The translations under genes were made by a program, and so were the position numbers. DNA of 64,000 nt from Gemmatimonadota bacterium. GTDB lineage: Bacteria > Gemmatimonadota > Gemmatimonadetes > Gemmatimonadales > GWC2-71-9. Shown one piece after another: positions 28,348-39,358 of this stretch (its first letter is position 1; each line of letters opens with the position of its first letter). The notes beneath the pieces are model-generated. The model was not told the origin of the DNA. It did no database searches and saw only the letters and a list, made by a program, of their open reading frames with translations. The stretch is taken from contig JAYTTT010000112.1 of the NCBI GenBank assembly GCA_043744895.1, positions 3,381 through 67,380 on the forward strand, read 5' to 3'.

Positions 28348-31300
28348 ATGCTCTCGCTCCGCGCCGCCACCGCCGTCTCCATCGCCATCCTGATGGCCGA
28401 TGCCCCCACCGCCCTGCGGGTGATCCGAACCGCCCCGGGGCCCGAGGCCACTCCGACCGCCGCCATCACGGTCACCTTCGATCGCCCGGTGGTCGGGTCA
28501 CTCGACCGCGCGGTCGATCCGGCGTCGATTCTGGCCATCGAGCCGGCCGTCGCCGGGACGCGGGAATGGCGAGATCCGGTCACCCTCCGCCTCAGACCGG
28601 CGGCCCCCCTGCCCGCCGGCACCAGCTATACCGTGACGGTCAGCCCGTCCTTTACTGCCCTCGACGGCGCCCGGCTGGCCGAGCCGTTTCGGTTCGGATT
28701 TCGGGTGTCGGGGCCCGCCATCCTGGCCGGTGTCCCAGTCAGCCAGGACCAATCGCCCCGGTTCCTGGTGGCGAATCAGACCTTTACCCTGGCCACCAGC
28801 TCCCCGGTCGACCTGGCCGACCTTGGCCGCCTCGTCTATGTCGAGCCCGGCGCGACCTGCGAACGTCGCGGCATCATCCGCCTGACTGCCCTCGAGCAAC
28901 GGGCGATTGCCGATTCGGCCCCCTGGCAACTGCGGGAAGCCGGCGGCTGGAACCGCGATCGGTCAGCCGATGCCTTGCGCCGGGTCGTGATCCTCCGGCC
29001 GGCCGAGCCGCTGCCCCTCGGCTGCGCCGCCGACCTGGTCACCCCGACCTTCATCGATCCGACCAACCCCGGCCCGCTTCGCCGCTGGGGCTTCTCGACC
29101 TACGGCACCTTTGCCGTCGATACCACCACCTGCGGCGGCGGCGATGGCAGCTGTCCCGCCGGGCCGATTCGGCTTCGGTTCACTACCCCGGTTCGCGGTG
29201 CCGACGTGCTCCGCCACGTGCGGGTCTTGCCGAAGCTCACCTTCACGGTGGCCGACTCGACCGAGGTCAGTGAGACCTGGACCCTCTGGGCCGACCTCAA
29301 GCCCCGGACCGGCTACCTGATCGAAGTCGATCCCGGGCTGACCGACGGGTTTGGCCAGCGGTTGACGGGCAACACTCGCCGGACGGTGGTGACCACCGGG
29401 TTTTCGCCGAACGTCTCGTACCCCAGCGGCCGGATGACGGTCGAACGGAATGGCCCCCGGACCCTGCCGGTGACCTACGTCAACGTCGACACGATCGAGG
29501 TCATTCAGGCCGCGGTGCCCGAATCGCTCGAGGCCAAGCTGCTGTCCCGATCGTGGTACGCGTGGAACGAGGACTGGGGCGCTCTGGAAACGAAGGCCAC
29601 CCGGCGGAAATACTCCGTCAACCCGGCTCGTGACCGCCACGGCGTCTATGGGGTCCCCTTTGCCAACGCGCCGGGCCTCTTCGCCATCAAGGTCGTGAGC
29701 GGCGCGTTGCCCAAGGGTCCCGCCGAGTCCCAACCGATTGCCCTGATCCAGGTCACCGACCTTGGCGTTCATGCCAAAATCGGCCGGGAAGAAGGGGTCG
29801 TCTGGGTCACCGGCGTGAGTGACGGGAAATCCCGGCCCGGGGTCAGCGTGAAGGTCCGCGACAGCCGGCGCCGCCTCCTGGCGCAGGGCGCCACTGACGC
29901 GCTGGGGATATTTCGATTTTCCGGGATTCGGCGGAAGGGCGAGCCCACCGCCGGCAACGAGCCGGACTACGAGGGCCAGGCGTTCGAGGGATATGTCGAG
30001 GCCCAAGTCAGCGGCGACCGGGCCCTCGTCGGGGTCACCCAGTACGACCCCGACTTGAGCCCCTGGCAGTTCAACGTCTCCGCGGCCTGGGACACCGACC
30101 GGTTTCCGATGGCGGCCGCGGTATTTACCGAGCGCGGGATCTATCGTCCCGGCGATTCGGTCTTCGCCAAGGCCATCGTCCGAACCGGCGCCCTCGGCGC
30201 GCTCAAGGTCCCAGCTCGGACCGATTCGGTCCGGATCGTCTTCGAAGACCGGGACGGCGGCACGCTCAAGGAGCGGACGGTAACCCTGTCGCCCTTTGGA
30301 ACCGCCGCCCCGGTATTCCGATTGGCCAACGACGCCCCGTTAGGCAGGTATGCGGTCGTGACGAGCCTCCGCCGGGAGGGCGCCTGGAAGGAAGTGGCCC
30401 GGGCCGACTACAAGGTGGCGGAGTATCGGGCCCCGGAGTTCCTGGTCGATGTCACCGCCGACACGGCATCGCGGATGACGGGCGACACCCTCAGCGCCAC
30501 GGTGTCGGCGCGATACCTCTTCGGCGCCCCGATGGCCCGCGCCAAGGTGTCGTGGACCGTGCGCGAACAACAGATTGAAGCCTGGGATCTCCAGGTGCCC
30601 AACACCGAAGGCTACTTTGTCGCGGACCGAGGGTGGTGGTGGGAAGAGTGGAGCGGGCGGCGCGCCACGACGGTGGGCGAGAGCCGGGTCGATTCGCTCG
30701 ACGGCAGCGGCCAACTCATGCTCCGGGCGCCGCTCGTGCTGTCGAATCCCAAATTGCCGGCGTTGGTCAGTGTCGATGCGGTGGTAACCGACGTGAACCG
30801 CCAGACCGTGTTCGGAAGCGCCACGGTCAAAGTTCATCCGACCAGCTATTACATCGGGGCCAAACCGGTCTCGAAGACCTACTTCTGGACCGCCAACACG
30901 GCCGAGCGAGTTGACGTGATTGCGGTCCGTCCCGACGGCCGCCGGGTCCCGGCGGTGCCGGTGCACGGCTGGCTGATTCGGCGGGAATGGCATCAGGTCC
31001 GGCGCGAGAGCAACGGCTTGGCCGAACTGGTGGGCGAATGGGTCTCTGATACCGTCGATCGGTGCGTGGTCCGGACCGGGGCGGCCGGCTCCTGCCAACT
31101 GACCCCGAAAGCAGCTGGGAGCTACACCGTGGCGTTCGACGGCGCCGACGATCACGGCCGTCCGGTGTCGACCAGCTTCTATCGGTGGGTCATCGGGCCG
31201 GGGTTCGTGCCGTGGGCCGACGAGTCGCAATTCAAGATGGACGTGGTGCCCGACCGGAGCCGCTATGCCGTGGGCGACACGGCCACCGTGCTGTTCGCGG

Positions 31301-34032
31301 CCCCGTTTACCAACGCCGAGGCCTGGGTGACGGTCGAACGCGAGGGGGTTATCGAGCAGCGACGCTTCACCGTGAAGGACGGCGCCACGACCCTCAAGCT
31401 CCCGGTCACCGAGGGGTGGGTGCCTAACGCGTTCGTGTCGATCGTGGTGGCCCGGGGCCGGAGTGCCAAACCCGGCCCGCTCGACGATCCCGGCCGGCCC
31501 ACGGTCCGGGTCGGATATGCCGAGGTCCGGGTCACCCCGGAGCGGAAACGCCTCGCCGTCGCGTTGGCGGCCGACCGGACCGAGTACCGGCCCGGCGATC
31601 AGGCCACCGTGACCGCCCGGGTCACCGACGGCCCGAAGGGGGTTCGGAGCGAGGTCACCCTGTGGGCCGTGGACGAGGGGGTGCTGTCGCTCACGGGGTA
31701 CCAAGTTCCCAATCCGGTCGAGTTGATCTACCGGCCCCGGGGACTCGGCCTGCGGTTAGGCAGCAACCTCTCGACCGTGGCGCCGCAGGTGGCTCCTGGC
31801 GACAAGGGCCACAACGCAGGCGGTGGGGGCGGCGAGGGCAGCGCCGACATTCTCCGGTCCCGGTTCCGGACGACGGCCTTTTTCCTGGGCGCGGTGGTGA
31901 CCGATTCGAGCGGCACCGGCCGCGCCAGGGTCAAGTTGCCCGACAACCTGACCACCTTCCGGGTCATGGCGGTCGCCGTCACCGCCGGCGATCGCTACGG
32001 CAGCGGGCAATCCTCGATGCTGGTCACCCGGCCCCTGGTGGCCCGCGCCGCGCTGCCGCGGTTCGTCCGGCCCGGCGACCAGTTCACCGCCGGCGTGGTG
32101 GTCAACCATCGGATCGGGGGCACGCCGAACGTTGACGTCTCGGCGTCGGCCACCGGCGTTCGGTTGGTCGGTAACCAGGCCAAGTCGGCTACCCTTGAGG
32201 CTGGCCGGGGCCGGGAAGTCCGGTTCGATTTCCGGGCCGAGCCGGGCGACAGCGCCGCCTTTCGGTTCGACGTGGCCGGCGCCGGCGACCGGGATGCGGT
32301 TCGCCTCGTGATTCCGATCCGGCCGGCCTTTCGAGCCCGGTTCGCCACCATAGCCGGCGTGGTGACCGATTCCGCCCGGGTTACCCTCGACGTGATGCCG
32401 GATGCCGACCCGGCCCGATCCCGGGTCACCTTCAACCTCGGGAGTTCGCCGGCCGCCCTGCTCAAAGGCTACGCCGAGGACCTCCGGGTCTACCCCTATC
32501 TCTGCAGCGAACAGGTCGGCAGCCTGGCGTTGCCGATCATCGCGCTCTACCGGGCCCGGAAGCAGGCCGGCCCCGAGGCCGGCGACACCGTTAGGCTCAA
32601 GGCGGAAATCGAACGGGCGGTCGGCATGCTGACCCGCCGCCAGCGGGAGGACGGCGCGATCGGCCTCTGGGGGGCCCGCGATTGGTCGTCGCCGTCGTTG
32701 ACGGCCCATGCCGGCGCGGTCTTGCTCGAAGCGAAGGCCGCCGGGTTTGCGGTCCGCGATACCGTCATTGCGGCGATGGCCGGCTACCTCACCGCGGTCC
32801 TCGAGCGCCAGGACAACATGGCGTTGTCGGTCCGGCTCTGGGACTCCGACGTTCGCTCTGCGCTGGCCGAGCGAGTGTCGGTGGCGGAATTCTTGAGCCG
32901 AGCCGGCCGGCGAAACCGGGCGCTCGAAAACGACCTGACCCGGCAGCTCGGCCAAATGGCGCCGGACGACCGGCTCCAGTTTGCGATCACCCTGACTCGC
33001 GGAGGCGACGCCCGCACCGCCCGCCGGATTCTCGAGCCGATCTGGTCCACCGTCAAAGTCGAGGGCCGGACCGCGGTGCTGCCCGACTCGGCCCGGAGCC
33101 GCGGCTACTGGACCTCGGCCAACCGAACGCCGGCCCTGTTGCTGATGGCCACCTTGCTGGTCGAGGCGACCCACCCGGTGGCCGCGCCGCTCTTGGAAAC
33201 CGTCGTGTCGAGGGGCCGGGCCGTCGGCCGGAACTGGTGGTGGAACACTCAGGACTACGCGATGGCCGCCCGGGCCGTCGATGCCTGGCAGCGGCGATTC
33301 CCGCCCACCGAGCGGCGGTCGCTCGAAGTTCGGGTCGGCAATCGGCTGGTCTTCGCAACCGCCGCCACGACCGTGTTAGGCGATTCCACCGTCAGCTTGG
33401 CTGCGCTGCTCGGTGGGGCTCAGCCCGGACCCCTGACCTTCGACATTCGCGGTGTCGGCACCGGCGCCGCCGGGTTCTTCTATCTGACATTGTCCGAAAC
33501 CCCTCGGACCGTTCCGGTCAATCCGACCGACCAAGGCATTCCAGTCGAGCGCTGGTACGAGGACTACCAGACCGGCAAGCCGACGACGACCGCTACCGAG
33601 GGCGACCTGGTGCGGGTCCGGCTCCGGGTTACCCTCCCGAGCGAGCGGTCGTTCGTGGTGGTCGATGATCCGCTGCCGGCCGGCCTCGAGGCCATCGACT
33701 TGAGTCTTCGGACCACCGGAGGGCAGGGCGGCCCCGGTATCGAAACGCCGGAGGGTGACGCCGCGGAGGGTGACAACGAATCCCGCTGGATGTTCGGCTC
33801 CTGGGATGCGGGGTGGTGGTCACCGTTCGATCATCGGGAGCTGCGCGACGATCGGGTGATTTATGCCGCCCGGGCCCTCTGGCAGGGGAGCTACACCGCC
33901 ACCTATCTGGCCCGGGCCACCACGCCGGGGCGGTTCCTGAAGCCGCAGGCCCACGCCGAGGAGATGTACAACCCCGCGGTGTACGGGCGGAGTGATGGCG
34001 GGATCTTCGAAGTCAAGCCGAAAACCCGATGA
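28348..34032 (+). CDS. Bacterial alpha-2-macroglobulin (YfhM-like)
   Basis: 1894 aa; FTERGIYRPGD, VAEYRAPEF, LWAVDEGVLSL, LPDNLTTFRVMA, thioester motif YPYLCSEQ, WWNTQD, DPLPAGLE, AEEMYNP. Confidence 0.93.
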   Translation: MLSLRAATAVSIAILMADAPTALRVIRTAPGPEATPTAAITVTFDRPVVGSLDRAVDPASILAIEPAVAGTREWRDPVTLRLRPAAPLPAGTSYTVTVSPSFTALDGARLAEPFRFGFRVSGPAILAGVPVSQDQSPRFLVANQTFTLATSSPVDLADLGRLVYVEPGATCERRGIIRLTALEQRAIADSAPWQLREAGGWNRDRSADALRRVVILRPAEPLPLGCAADLVTPTFIDPTNPGPLRRWGFSTYGTFAVDTTTCGGGDGSCPAGPIRLRFTTPVRGADVLRHVRVLPKLTFTVADSTEVSETWTLWADLKPRTGYLIEVDPGLTDGFGQRLTGNTRRTVVTTGFSPNVSYPSGRMTVERNGPRTLPVTYVNVDTIEVIQAAVPESLEAKLLSRSWYAWNEDWGALETKATRRKYSVNPARDRHGVYGVPFANAPGLFAIKVVSGALPKGPAESQPIALIQVTDLGVHAKIGREEGVVWVTGVSDGKSRPGVSVKVRDSRRRLLAQGATDALGIFRFSGIRRKGEPTAGNEPDYEGQAFEGYVEAQVSGDRALVGVTQYDPDLSPWQFNVSAAWDTDRFPMAAAVFTERGIYRPGDSVFAKAIVRTGALGALKVPARTDSVRIVFEDRDGGTLKERTVTLSPFGTAAPVFRLANDAPLGRYAVVTSLRREGAWKEVARADYKVAEYRAPEFLVDVTADTASRMTGDTLSATVSARYLFGAPMARAKVSWTVREQQIEAWDLQVPNTEGYFVADRGWWWEEWSGRRATTVGESRVDSLDGSGQLMLRAPLVLSNPKLPALVSVDAVVTDVNRQTVFGSATVKVHPTSYYIGAKPVSKTYFWTANTAERVDVIAVRPDGRRVPAVPVHGWLIRREWHQVRRESNGLAELVGEWVSDTVDRCVVRTGAAGSCQLTPKAAGSYTVAFDGADDHGRPVSTSFYRWVIGPGFVPWADESQFKMDVVPDRSRYAVGDTATVLFAAPFTNAEAWVTVEREGVIEQRRFTVKDGATTLKLPVTEGWVPNAFVSIVVARGRSAKPGPLDDPGRPTVRVGYAEVRVTPERKRLAVALAADRTEYRPGDQATVTARVTDGPKGVRSEVTLWAVDEGVLSLTGYQVPNPVELIYRPRGLGLRLGSNLSTVAPQVAPGDKGHNAGGGGGEGSADILRSRFRTTAFFLGAVVTDSSGTGRARVKLPDNLTTFRVMAVAVTAGDRYGSGQSSMLVTRPLVARAALPRFVRPGDQFTAGVVVNHRIGGTPNVDVSASATGVRLVGNQAKSATLEAGRGREVRFDFRAEPGDSAAFRFDVAGAGDRDAVRLVIPIRPAFRARFATIAGVVTDSARVTLDVMPDADPARSRVTFNLGSSPAALLKGYAEDLRVYPYLCSEQVGSLALPIIALYRARKQAGPEAGDTVRLKAEIERAVGMLTRRQREDGAIGLWGARDWSSPSLTAHAGAVLLEAKAAGFAVRDTVIAAMAGYLTAVLERQDNMALSVRLWDSDVRSALAERVSVAEFLSRAGRRNRALENDLTRQLGQMAPDDRLQFAITLTRGGDARTARRILEPIWSTVKVEGRTAVLPDSARSRGYWTSANRTPALLLMATLLVEATHPVAAPLLETVVSRGRAVGRNWWWNTQDYAMAARAVDAWQRRFPPTERRSLEVRVGNRLVFATAATTVLGDSTVSLAALLGGAQPGPLTFDIRGVGTGAAGFFYLTLSETPRTVPVNPTDQGIPVERWYEDYQTGKPTTTATEGDLVRVRLRVTLPSERSFVVVDDPLPAGLEAIDLSLRTTGGQGGPGIETPEGDAAEGDNESRWMFGSWDAGWWSPFDHRELRDDRVIYAARALWQGSYTATYLARATTPGRFLKPQAHAEEMYNPAVYGRSDGGIFEVKPKTR

Positions 34033-36296
34033 GCTATCGTCGCTCGGTCCGGCCGCGGTGGCGGCGGCGGCTGGCCCGGTGGGGCCTCGGGGCCGGCGTC
34101 GCTTGGTCGGCGTGGCTCGCGGTGCCGGTCGATCCGGCCCTGTTGTTGCCGCCGGCCGACCATGGCACGGTGCTGCTCGATCGGGCCGGCGGGTTGCTCC
34201 GATCAACCCGAAGCCTCGACGGGAGCCGGCAGCAGTGGATCTCGTTGGCCGACATCGACCCCGACCTGCTGACGGCCTTCGTGGCGGCGGAGGATCGCCG
34301 GTTCTATGGGCATCGCGGGGTCGATCCGGTGGCGCTGTTCCGGGCGGCCGGTCAGAACCTTGGGGCGGGTCGGGTGGTGTCGGGGGCGTCGACCATTTCG
34401 ATGCAGGTCGCTCGGTTGGTCCGGGGCAACCGGCGGACCTGGGGCGGGAAGCTGGCGCAAGCCGCGTGGGCGGTTCGGCTCGACCGCCAGTTCGGCAAGC
34501 AGGCCGTCCTCGAGCAGTACCTCAACCGGGTGCCGTTAGGCGGCAACGCCGACGGGGTTGACGCGGCGGCTCGGCTCTATTTCGGCAAATCGGCTACTGG
34601 GGTCAGTCTGGCCGAGGCGGCGATGCTGGCCGGGCTGGCCCATGCGCCGAGCCGCGACAATCCCCTGGTGTCGCTGGAGCGAGCCCGGGTCCGGCGGAAC
34701 CGGGTCCTCGACCGGCTCGAGGCGGCGGGACTCGAATCGGCCGAGGCGTTAGGGTCGGCGCGGCTGGAGCCGGCGTTAGGGGTTGGGGCGCCGGCGCAAT
34801 TTCTGGCGCCGCACTTTACCAGCTGGGTGCTGGGCCGGTCCGACAGCGCCCGGGTTCGCGGGGTGGTCCGGACCTCGCTCGACCAGACCCTGCAGCGCGC
34901 CGTCGAGGCCGAGGTGCGCCACACGGTGGCGGAAATGCGGGCGGCCGGGGCGGAACACGCGGCGGCGGTCGTGCTCGACAATCGGAGCGGCGAAATTCTC
35001 AGCTGGGTCGGCTCGCCCGATTTCTTTGGGCCGATCAACGGCCAAGTCGACATGGTGGTGTCGCGGCGCCAGCCCGGGTCGGCGCTCAAGCCGTTCTTGT
35101 ATGGCGCGGCGTTCGACCAGGGCTATACGCCGGCCTCGATTCTCCATGACGTGGCCACCGTCTACCCGACCGCGACCGGCCCCTACGCGCCGCGCAACTA
35201 CGATCGCCGGTACCGGGGCCCGGTCCGGATCCGGGAGGCGTTAGGCAGCAGTCTCAACGTGCCCGCCGTGGAGCTGGCGTCCGAGGTGGGGGTGGCCCGG
35301 TTGCTCGGGGTGTTGCACCGGGCCGGGTTCGCGAGCCTCGACCGCCGGGCCGACCACTACGGGCTCGGCCTGGCTTTGGGCAACGGCGATGTGACGTTGC
35401 TGGAGTTGGCCAACGGATATCGGGCGCTGGCCAATTTGGGGGTGTGGCGGCCGGCCCGGTGGACCGCGACGGGCGAAGGCGGCTCCCCGGGCGAGGGGGT
35501 CCGAGTGGTTTCGGAGCGGGCCGCGGCGCAGGTTCTCGACATTTTGGCCGATCCGGTGGCCCGGATTCCGGGGTTCGGTCCCGTGACCCCGCTCGAGTTC
35601 CCGTTCCGGGCCGCCGCCAAGACCGGCACCAGCCGGCATTTCACCGACAACTGGGCTGCCGCGACCACCGAGCGGTTCACCGTAGCGGTCTGGGTCGGAA
35701 ATTTCAGCGGCCGACCGATGGAAGGCGTCAGCGGGGTGAGCGGAGCCGGGCCGCTGTTGCACCGGACCGTGCTGGCGGTGGCGTCGAGATACCAGCCGGG
35801 GCGGCTGGTCCAGCCCGGCGATCTCGGGATGAGGCCGGTCTCGATCTGCCGGTTGTCGGGACTGGTGGCCACTCGGTATTGTCCGGCGCTGACCGAGTGG
35901 TTCGTGCCGGGCACTGTGCCGGGGCCGGACACCTGGTCGGGCCCTGATGGCGTGGCGTTACCGCCGGCTTTTTCGGAGTGGGCGTCTCGAAGTGGCGCGG
36001 GGACCGCGATGGCCGCGTCAAGGCCGGTTCGGTCGGGCCATGAGCCCGTCCCGGCGGGATTGAAGATCACCTCCCCCCGGAACGGCGACCGGTTTCGGTT
36101 CGTTCCCGGCGTGGACTCGGCGTTCGCGACGGTCGGGCTTCGGGTGGCCGGGGCTGCCCGCCGGGCTCCGGTCCGCTGGTTCATCGACGGCCGGGCCCAG
36201 CGAGTGGCTCGGTGGCCGCTCGAGCTCGGTCGTCATCGGATCGAGGTGGTTCAGGGTCGCGAGCGCGATCAGGTGGACGTCGAGGTCCTGCCGTAG
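34029..36296 (+). CDS. pbpC: Penicillin-binding protein 1C
   Basis: Transglycosylase EDRRF..H.GVD, GASTISMQVAR; transpeptidase PGSALKPF, SLN, KTGTS; ATGA-coupled to the A2M gene. Confidence 0.92.
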   Translation: MSYRRSVRPRWRRRLARWGLGAGVAWSAWLAVPVDPALLLPPADHGTVLLDRAGGLLRSTRSLDGSRQQWISLADIDPDLLTAFVAAEDRRFYGHRGVDPVALFRAAGQNLGAGRVVSGASTISMQVARLVRGNRRTWGGKLAQAAWAVRLDRQFGKQAVLEQYLNRVPLGGNADGVDAAARLYFGKSATGVSLAEAAMLAGLAHAPSRDNPLVSLERARVRRNRVLDRLEAAGLESAEALGSARLEPALGVGAPAQFLAPHFTSWVLGRSDSARVRGVVRTSLDQTLQRAVEAEVRHTVAEMRAAGAEHAAAVVLDNRSGEILSWVGSPDFFGPINGQVDMVVSRRQPGSALKPFLYGAAFDQGYTPASILHDVATVYPTATGPYAPRNYDRRYRGPVRIREALGSSLNVPAVELASEVGVARLLGVLHRAGFASLDRRADHYGLGLALGNGDVTLLELANGYRALANLGVWRPARWTATGEGGSPGEGVRVVSERAAAQVLDILADPVARIPGFGPVTPLEFPFRAAAKTGTSRHFTDNWAAATTERFTVAVWVGNFSGRPMEGVSGVSGAGPLLHRTVLAVASRYQPGRLVQPGDLGMRPVSICRLSGLVATRYCPALTEWFVPGTVPGPDTWSGPDGVALPPAFSEWASRSGAGTAMAASRPVRSGHEPVPAGLKITSPRNGDRFRFVPGVDSAFATVGLRVAGAARRAPVRWFIDGRAQRVARWPLELGRHRIEVVQGRERDQVDVEVLP

Positions 36297-36350
36297 GGAA
36301 CTTTGTCGGCTCGTGGTCGTTTCAATGGTTTAACCGAAAGAAGCATCGTC

Positions 36351-36965
36351 ATGAGCCGGACCAGCCCATTGATCGTTCGCGAGGCCGCAGAATCGCGGCG
36401 CGCTATTCGGAAATATCTCCAGCAGCCGGTGCCTGAGGAGGATCTCCGCGAGATCATCCGCCAGGTCAGCCTGGCCCCGTCGCCCAATAACCTCCAGCCG
36501 TGGCGGTTCGTGGTGGTGCGGGATCCGGCGCTCAAGAAGCAACTGGAGCCGGCGGTGCTCAATCAGCGCCAGGTGCTGTCGACCCATTGTCTGGTGGTGC
36601 TGTACGCCGACATGGAAGACGTCCTCGCCACCTCGGCGGAGATCGTCCATCCCGGGGTGACGGGCGAGGCTCGGGTCAGGGCGCTGGCGGGGGTCACCAG
36701 GGAGTGGGACGCGCAGTCGGTGGAGGAGCGGCAGCGGTTTGCCCACGGAATCACCTACATCGCGTTAGGCTATTTTCTCCTGGCTGCCGAATCGATGGGC
36801 TACCAGACTTCGCCGATGTTGGGATTCAAGCCGGTGGAGGTCAAGGCCATTTTGGGGTTACCGGACGGGGTCACCATTCCGGCGGTGATCGCGCTCGGCC
36901 GGGGCGACGAGCCCGGCTTTCCGCACCATCGTCACTCGGTCGACCGAATCGCCCGCTTCCGGTAG
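36351..36965 (+). CDS. Nitroreductase family protein
   Basis: SRRAIRKY, LAPSPNNLQPWRFVVV, TSPMLGF. Confidence 0.9.
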   Translation: MSRTSPLIVREAAESRRAIRKYLQQPVPEEDLREIIRQVSLAPSPNNLQPWRFVVVRDPALKKQLEPAVLNQRQVLSTHCLVVLYADMEDVLATSAEIVHPGVTGEARVRALAGVTREWDAQSVEERQRFAHGITYIALGYFLLAAESMGYQTSPMLGFKPVEVKAILGLPDGVTIPAVIALGRGDEPGFPHHRHSVDRIARFR

Positions 36966-37510
36966 TCGCTCCGGAGCAGGCCCATGATCAGGGAATCCGA
37001 GATCTCGTCACCCACGATGCAGCGCTCCCGGAGGAGACCCTCCCGGGCAAATCCCAACCGTTCGAGGACCCGCACCGAGGGCGCGTTCCGGGGATCGAGT
37101 TCGGCCTCGATCCGGTGGAGGTCGAGGGTCTCGAATCCGTACTCGAGGACGGCGGCCGTGGCTTCGCCGGCCAGGCCTCGTCCCCAATACGGTTGAGCCA
37201 GGGCGTAGCCGACCTCCGCCCGCCGGCTTGGCCAGTCGACGTGCAACAGACTCCCGGTGCCGATGACCCGATCATCCAGAGCCAGTACGAGGCCGAGCCG
37301 AAGCGCCGTTCCCTCGCCAAATTCGACGGCAGCCTGGTCGATCGCGGCTCGGGCCTCGGAGGTGGTCGTCATTGGGGGCCGGTCCAAATACCGCATCACG
37401 ACGGGATCGGAGAACAGGGAAAAGACGGCCTCGGTGTCAGCTGCCGTCATGGGCCGCAGCCGGAGCCGGTCCGTGGCGAGAATCGGGAAGCCGCGAGCTG
37501 GATCGAACAT
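36932..37510 (-). CDS. GNAT acetyltransferase, RimJ/RimL family
   Basis: TDRLRLRP, RAEVGYAL...YWGRGLA.EA, LHRIEA..DPRN..S.RVLERLGF.REG. Confidence 0.9.
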   Translation of the reverse strand: MFDPARGFPILATDRLRLRPMTAADTEAVFSLFSDPVVMRYLDRPPMTTTSEARAAIDQAAVEFGEGTALRLGLVLALDDRVIGTGSLLHVDWPSRRAEVGYALAQPYWGRGLAGEATAAVLEYGFETLDLHRIEAELDPRNAPSVRVLERLGFAREGLLRERCIVGDEISDSLIMGLLRSDYRKRAIRSTE

Positions 37511-37523
37511 CGCGGGACTAGCC

Positions 37524-37991
37524 CTACGGCGAGGTGGCCCGCCGCTTCGGGCGGTTGACGCTGGCGTGGCTGGCCACGATCTGCCACCGGCCGGCCTGAC
37601 TGCGGTTGAACACGACGGTGGTGTAGATCCCGACCCACTCGCTTTGGCGGCCCTGGATGCTCTGCTGCCGGATCCAGCAGTGCCCGACCGAGGTGGCGCC
37701 GAAGAGGTCGAAATCGCACCGCTCGAGATTCAGCGTCGAGATACTGTCGGGGTCGGCGGCAATGGAGCGAAGTCGGTCAGCCTTGGTCAGGGTGGTGACC
37801 GAGTCGCCGCCGCCGATGGTAAAGCTGTACCGGTCGGCGTAGATCTGGCTGAGGGTGACCGTATCGCGTCGTTGGAGCGCCTCGACGACTTGGCGAAACT
37901 TCGCGGTGAAGTCCGGGGTGGATGATTTGGCCTGGGCTAGTGCGAGCGAGAACGGAACGAGGAACGAACCAAACAGCGCCACGAGTTTCAT
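37524..37991 (-). CDS. Secreted NTF2-like (DUF4440-like) protein
   Basis: GGAGG RBS, signal peptide, D...L..IYAD.Y, C-terminal GRWQIVASHAS. Confidence 0.7.
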   Translation of the reverse strand: MKLVALFGSFLVPFSLALAQAKSSTPDFTAKFRQVVEALQRRDTVTLSQIYADRYSFTIGGGDSVTTLTKADRLRSIAADPDSISTLNLERCDFDLFGATSVGHCWIRQQSIQGRQSEWVGIYTTVVFNRSQAGRWQIVASHASVNRPKRRATSP

Positions 37992-38175
37992 ACTCCCTCC
38001 GGGGGGTCGTGAGGAGTCCGAGAACCGGGTCGACACCTTAGGTCTTGGGTCCAATGTACCGTGTCGACACCGAGGGGCAAGTCGAGTCGGCACTGCGCGC
38101 GGCCAGTTGCTGCACCACGCCGCCAAACATGGCGTCCCCCGTCGCGGGCAGGCGGCGTGGCTCCTGCGAACGACT

Positions 38176-39284
38176 GGGTGGGCAAGACTACCCTGGTCCA
38201 GCAGGTCGTGAGTGGGACGGTCGCGCCCTCCATATATGCTTCGGCTGACGAGCCTGCGCTGCGTGATACGGCCTGGCTCTCGGTGCAGTGGGAAAAGGCC
38301 CGGCGGCTGGCCAACGACGCGGGCGGCAGGGGTGCCGTCCTGGTGATCGACGAGGTGCAGAAGGTGGCCGGGTGGTCCGAGACCGTGAAGCGGCTTTGGG
38401 ACGAGGACACCCGAACAGGTCGACGGCTCCGGGTTGTCCTCCTCGGCTCCGCTCCACTGCTCATGCCGCGGGGGCTCACCGAGAGTCTAGCTGGGCGGTT
38501 CGAGACGATCCACCTTGGGCACTGGTCTCTCGCTGAGATGCGGGACGCCTTCGGCTGGACCCTCGAGACCTATCTGTATTTCGGTGGTTACCCCGGAGCG
38601 GCGCACCTGGCCGCCGATCCACCACGGTGGCGCAGCTTTCTGGTCCACTCCATGATCGAGGCCACCATGGCCCGGGACGTCTTGCTGATGACCCGGATCG
38701 AGAAGCCGGCCCTGCTGCGCCGCCTGTTTGAGCTCGGCTGTCGCTACTCCGGCCAGATCTTGTCCTACACCAAGATGCTCGGCCAGCTTCAGGACGCGGG
38801 CAACACGACGACCCTGGCCCACTACCTCGATCTGCTCGGCGGCGCGGGCATGCTCACGGGCTTGCAGAAGTACGCCGGCAAGGCCGTTCGCCAGCGGGGC
38901 TCGAGCCCGAAGTTGCAAGTGCTGAACACGGCGCTGATGACCGCGCAATCAGGGCTCTCGCCGGAAGAGGCCCGGGCCGACGGCGAGTTCCGCGGGCGGC
39001 TGGTCGAGTCCGCCGTGGGTGCCCATCTCGCCAATGCGGCGGCCGCAGGCGTCTGTGAGCTCTACTATTGGCGCGACCGCAGCCGCGAAGTGGACTTCGT
39101 GCTCCGAGCCGGCCGCGTCGTCGTTGCGATCGAGGTCAAGAGCGGTCGAGCCCCGGATTCCTTCCCCGGCCTGGCCGACTTCGCGGCGGCGTTCAAGCCA
39201 AAGCGCACGTTACTCGTGGGCGGGGATGGCATCGGGCTGGAAGAGTTCCTGACCAGGCCGGTGGAGCACTGGCTTTACGCCTGA
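38176..39284 (+). pseudogene. AAA_14/DUF4143 ATPase, probably 5'-truncated
   Basis: VGKTTLVQQ, VIDEVQK, LLGSA, ESLAGRF, GGYP, YWRD...EVDFV...AIEVKSG; the family G.RQ before VGKTT and the N-terminus are missing. Confidence 0.65.
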
Positions 39285-39358
39285 GACAGAGGACCCGCGT
39301 TTTCCGCAACGCTGACGGAGAGGGACAGCATGACACTGAAGGTCTGCATTGCCGTGGC

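Noticed and set aside
36932..37510. GNAT gene as the missing argA
   Set aside because: Motifs are RimJ/RimL-type and it lies 20 kb from the arg operon in an unrelated context
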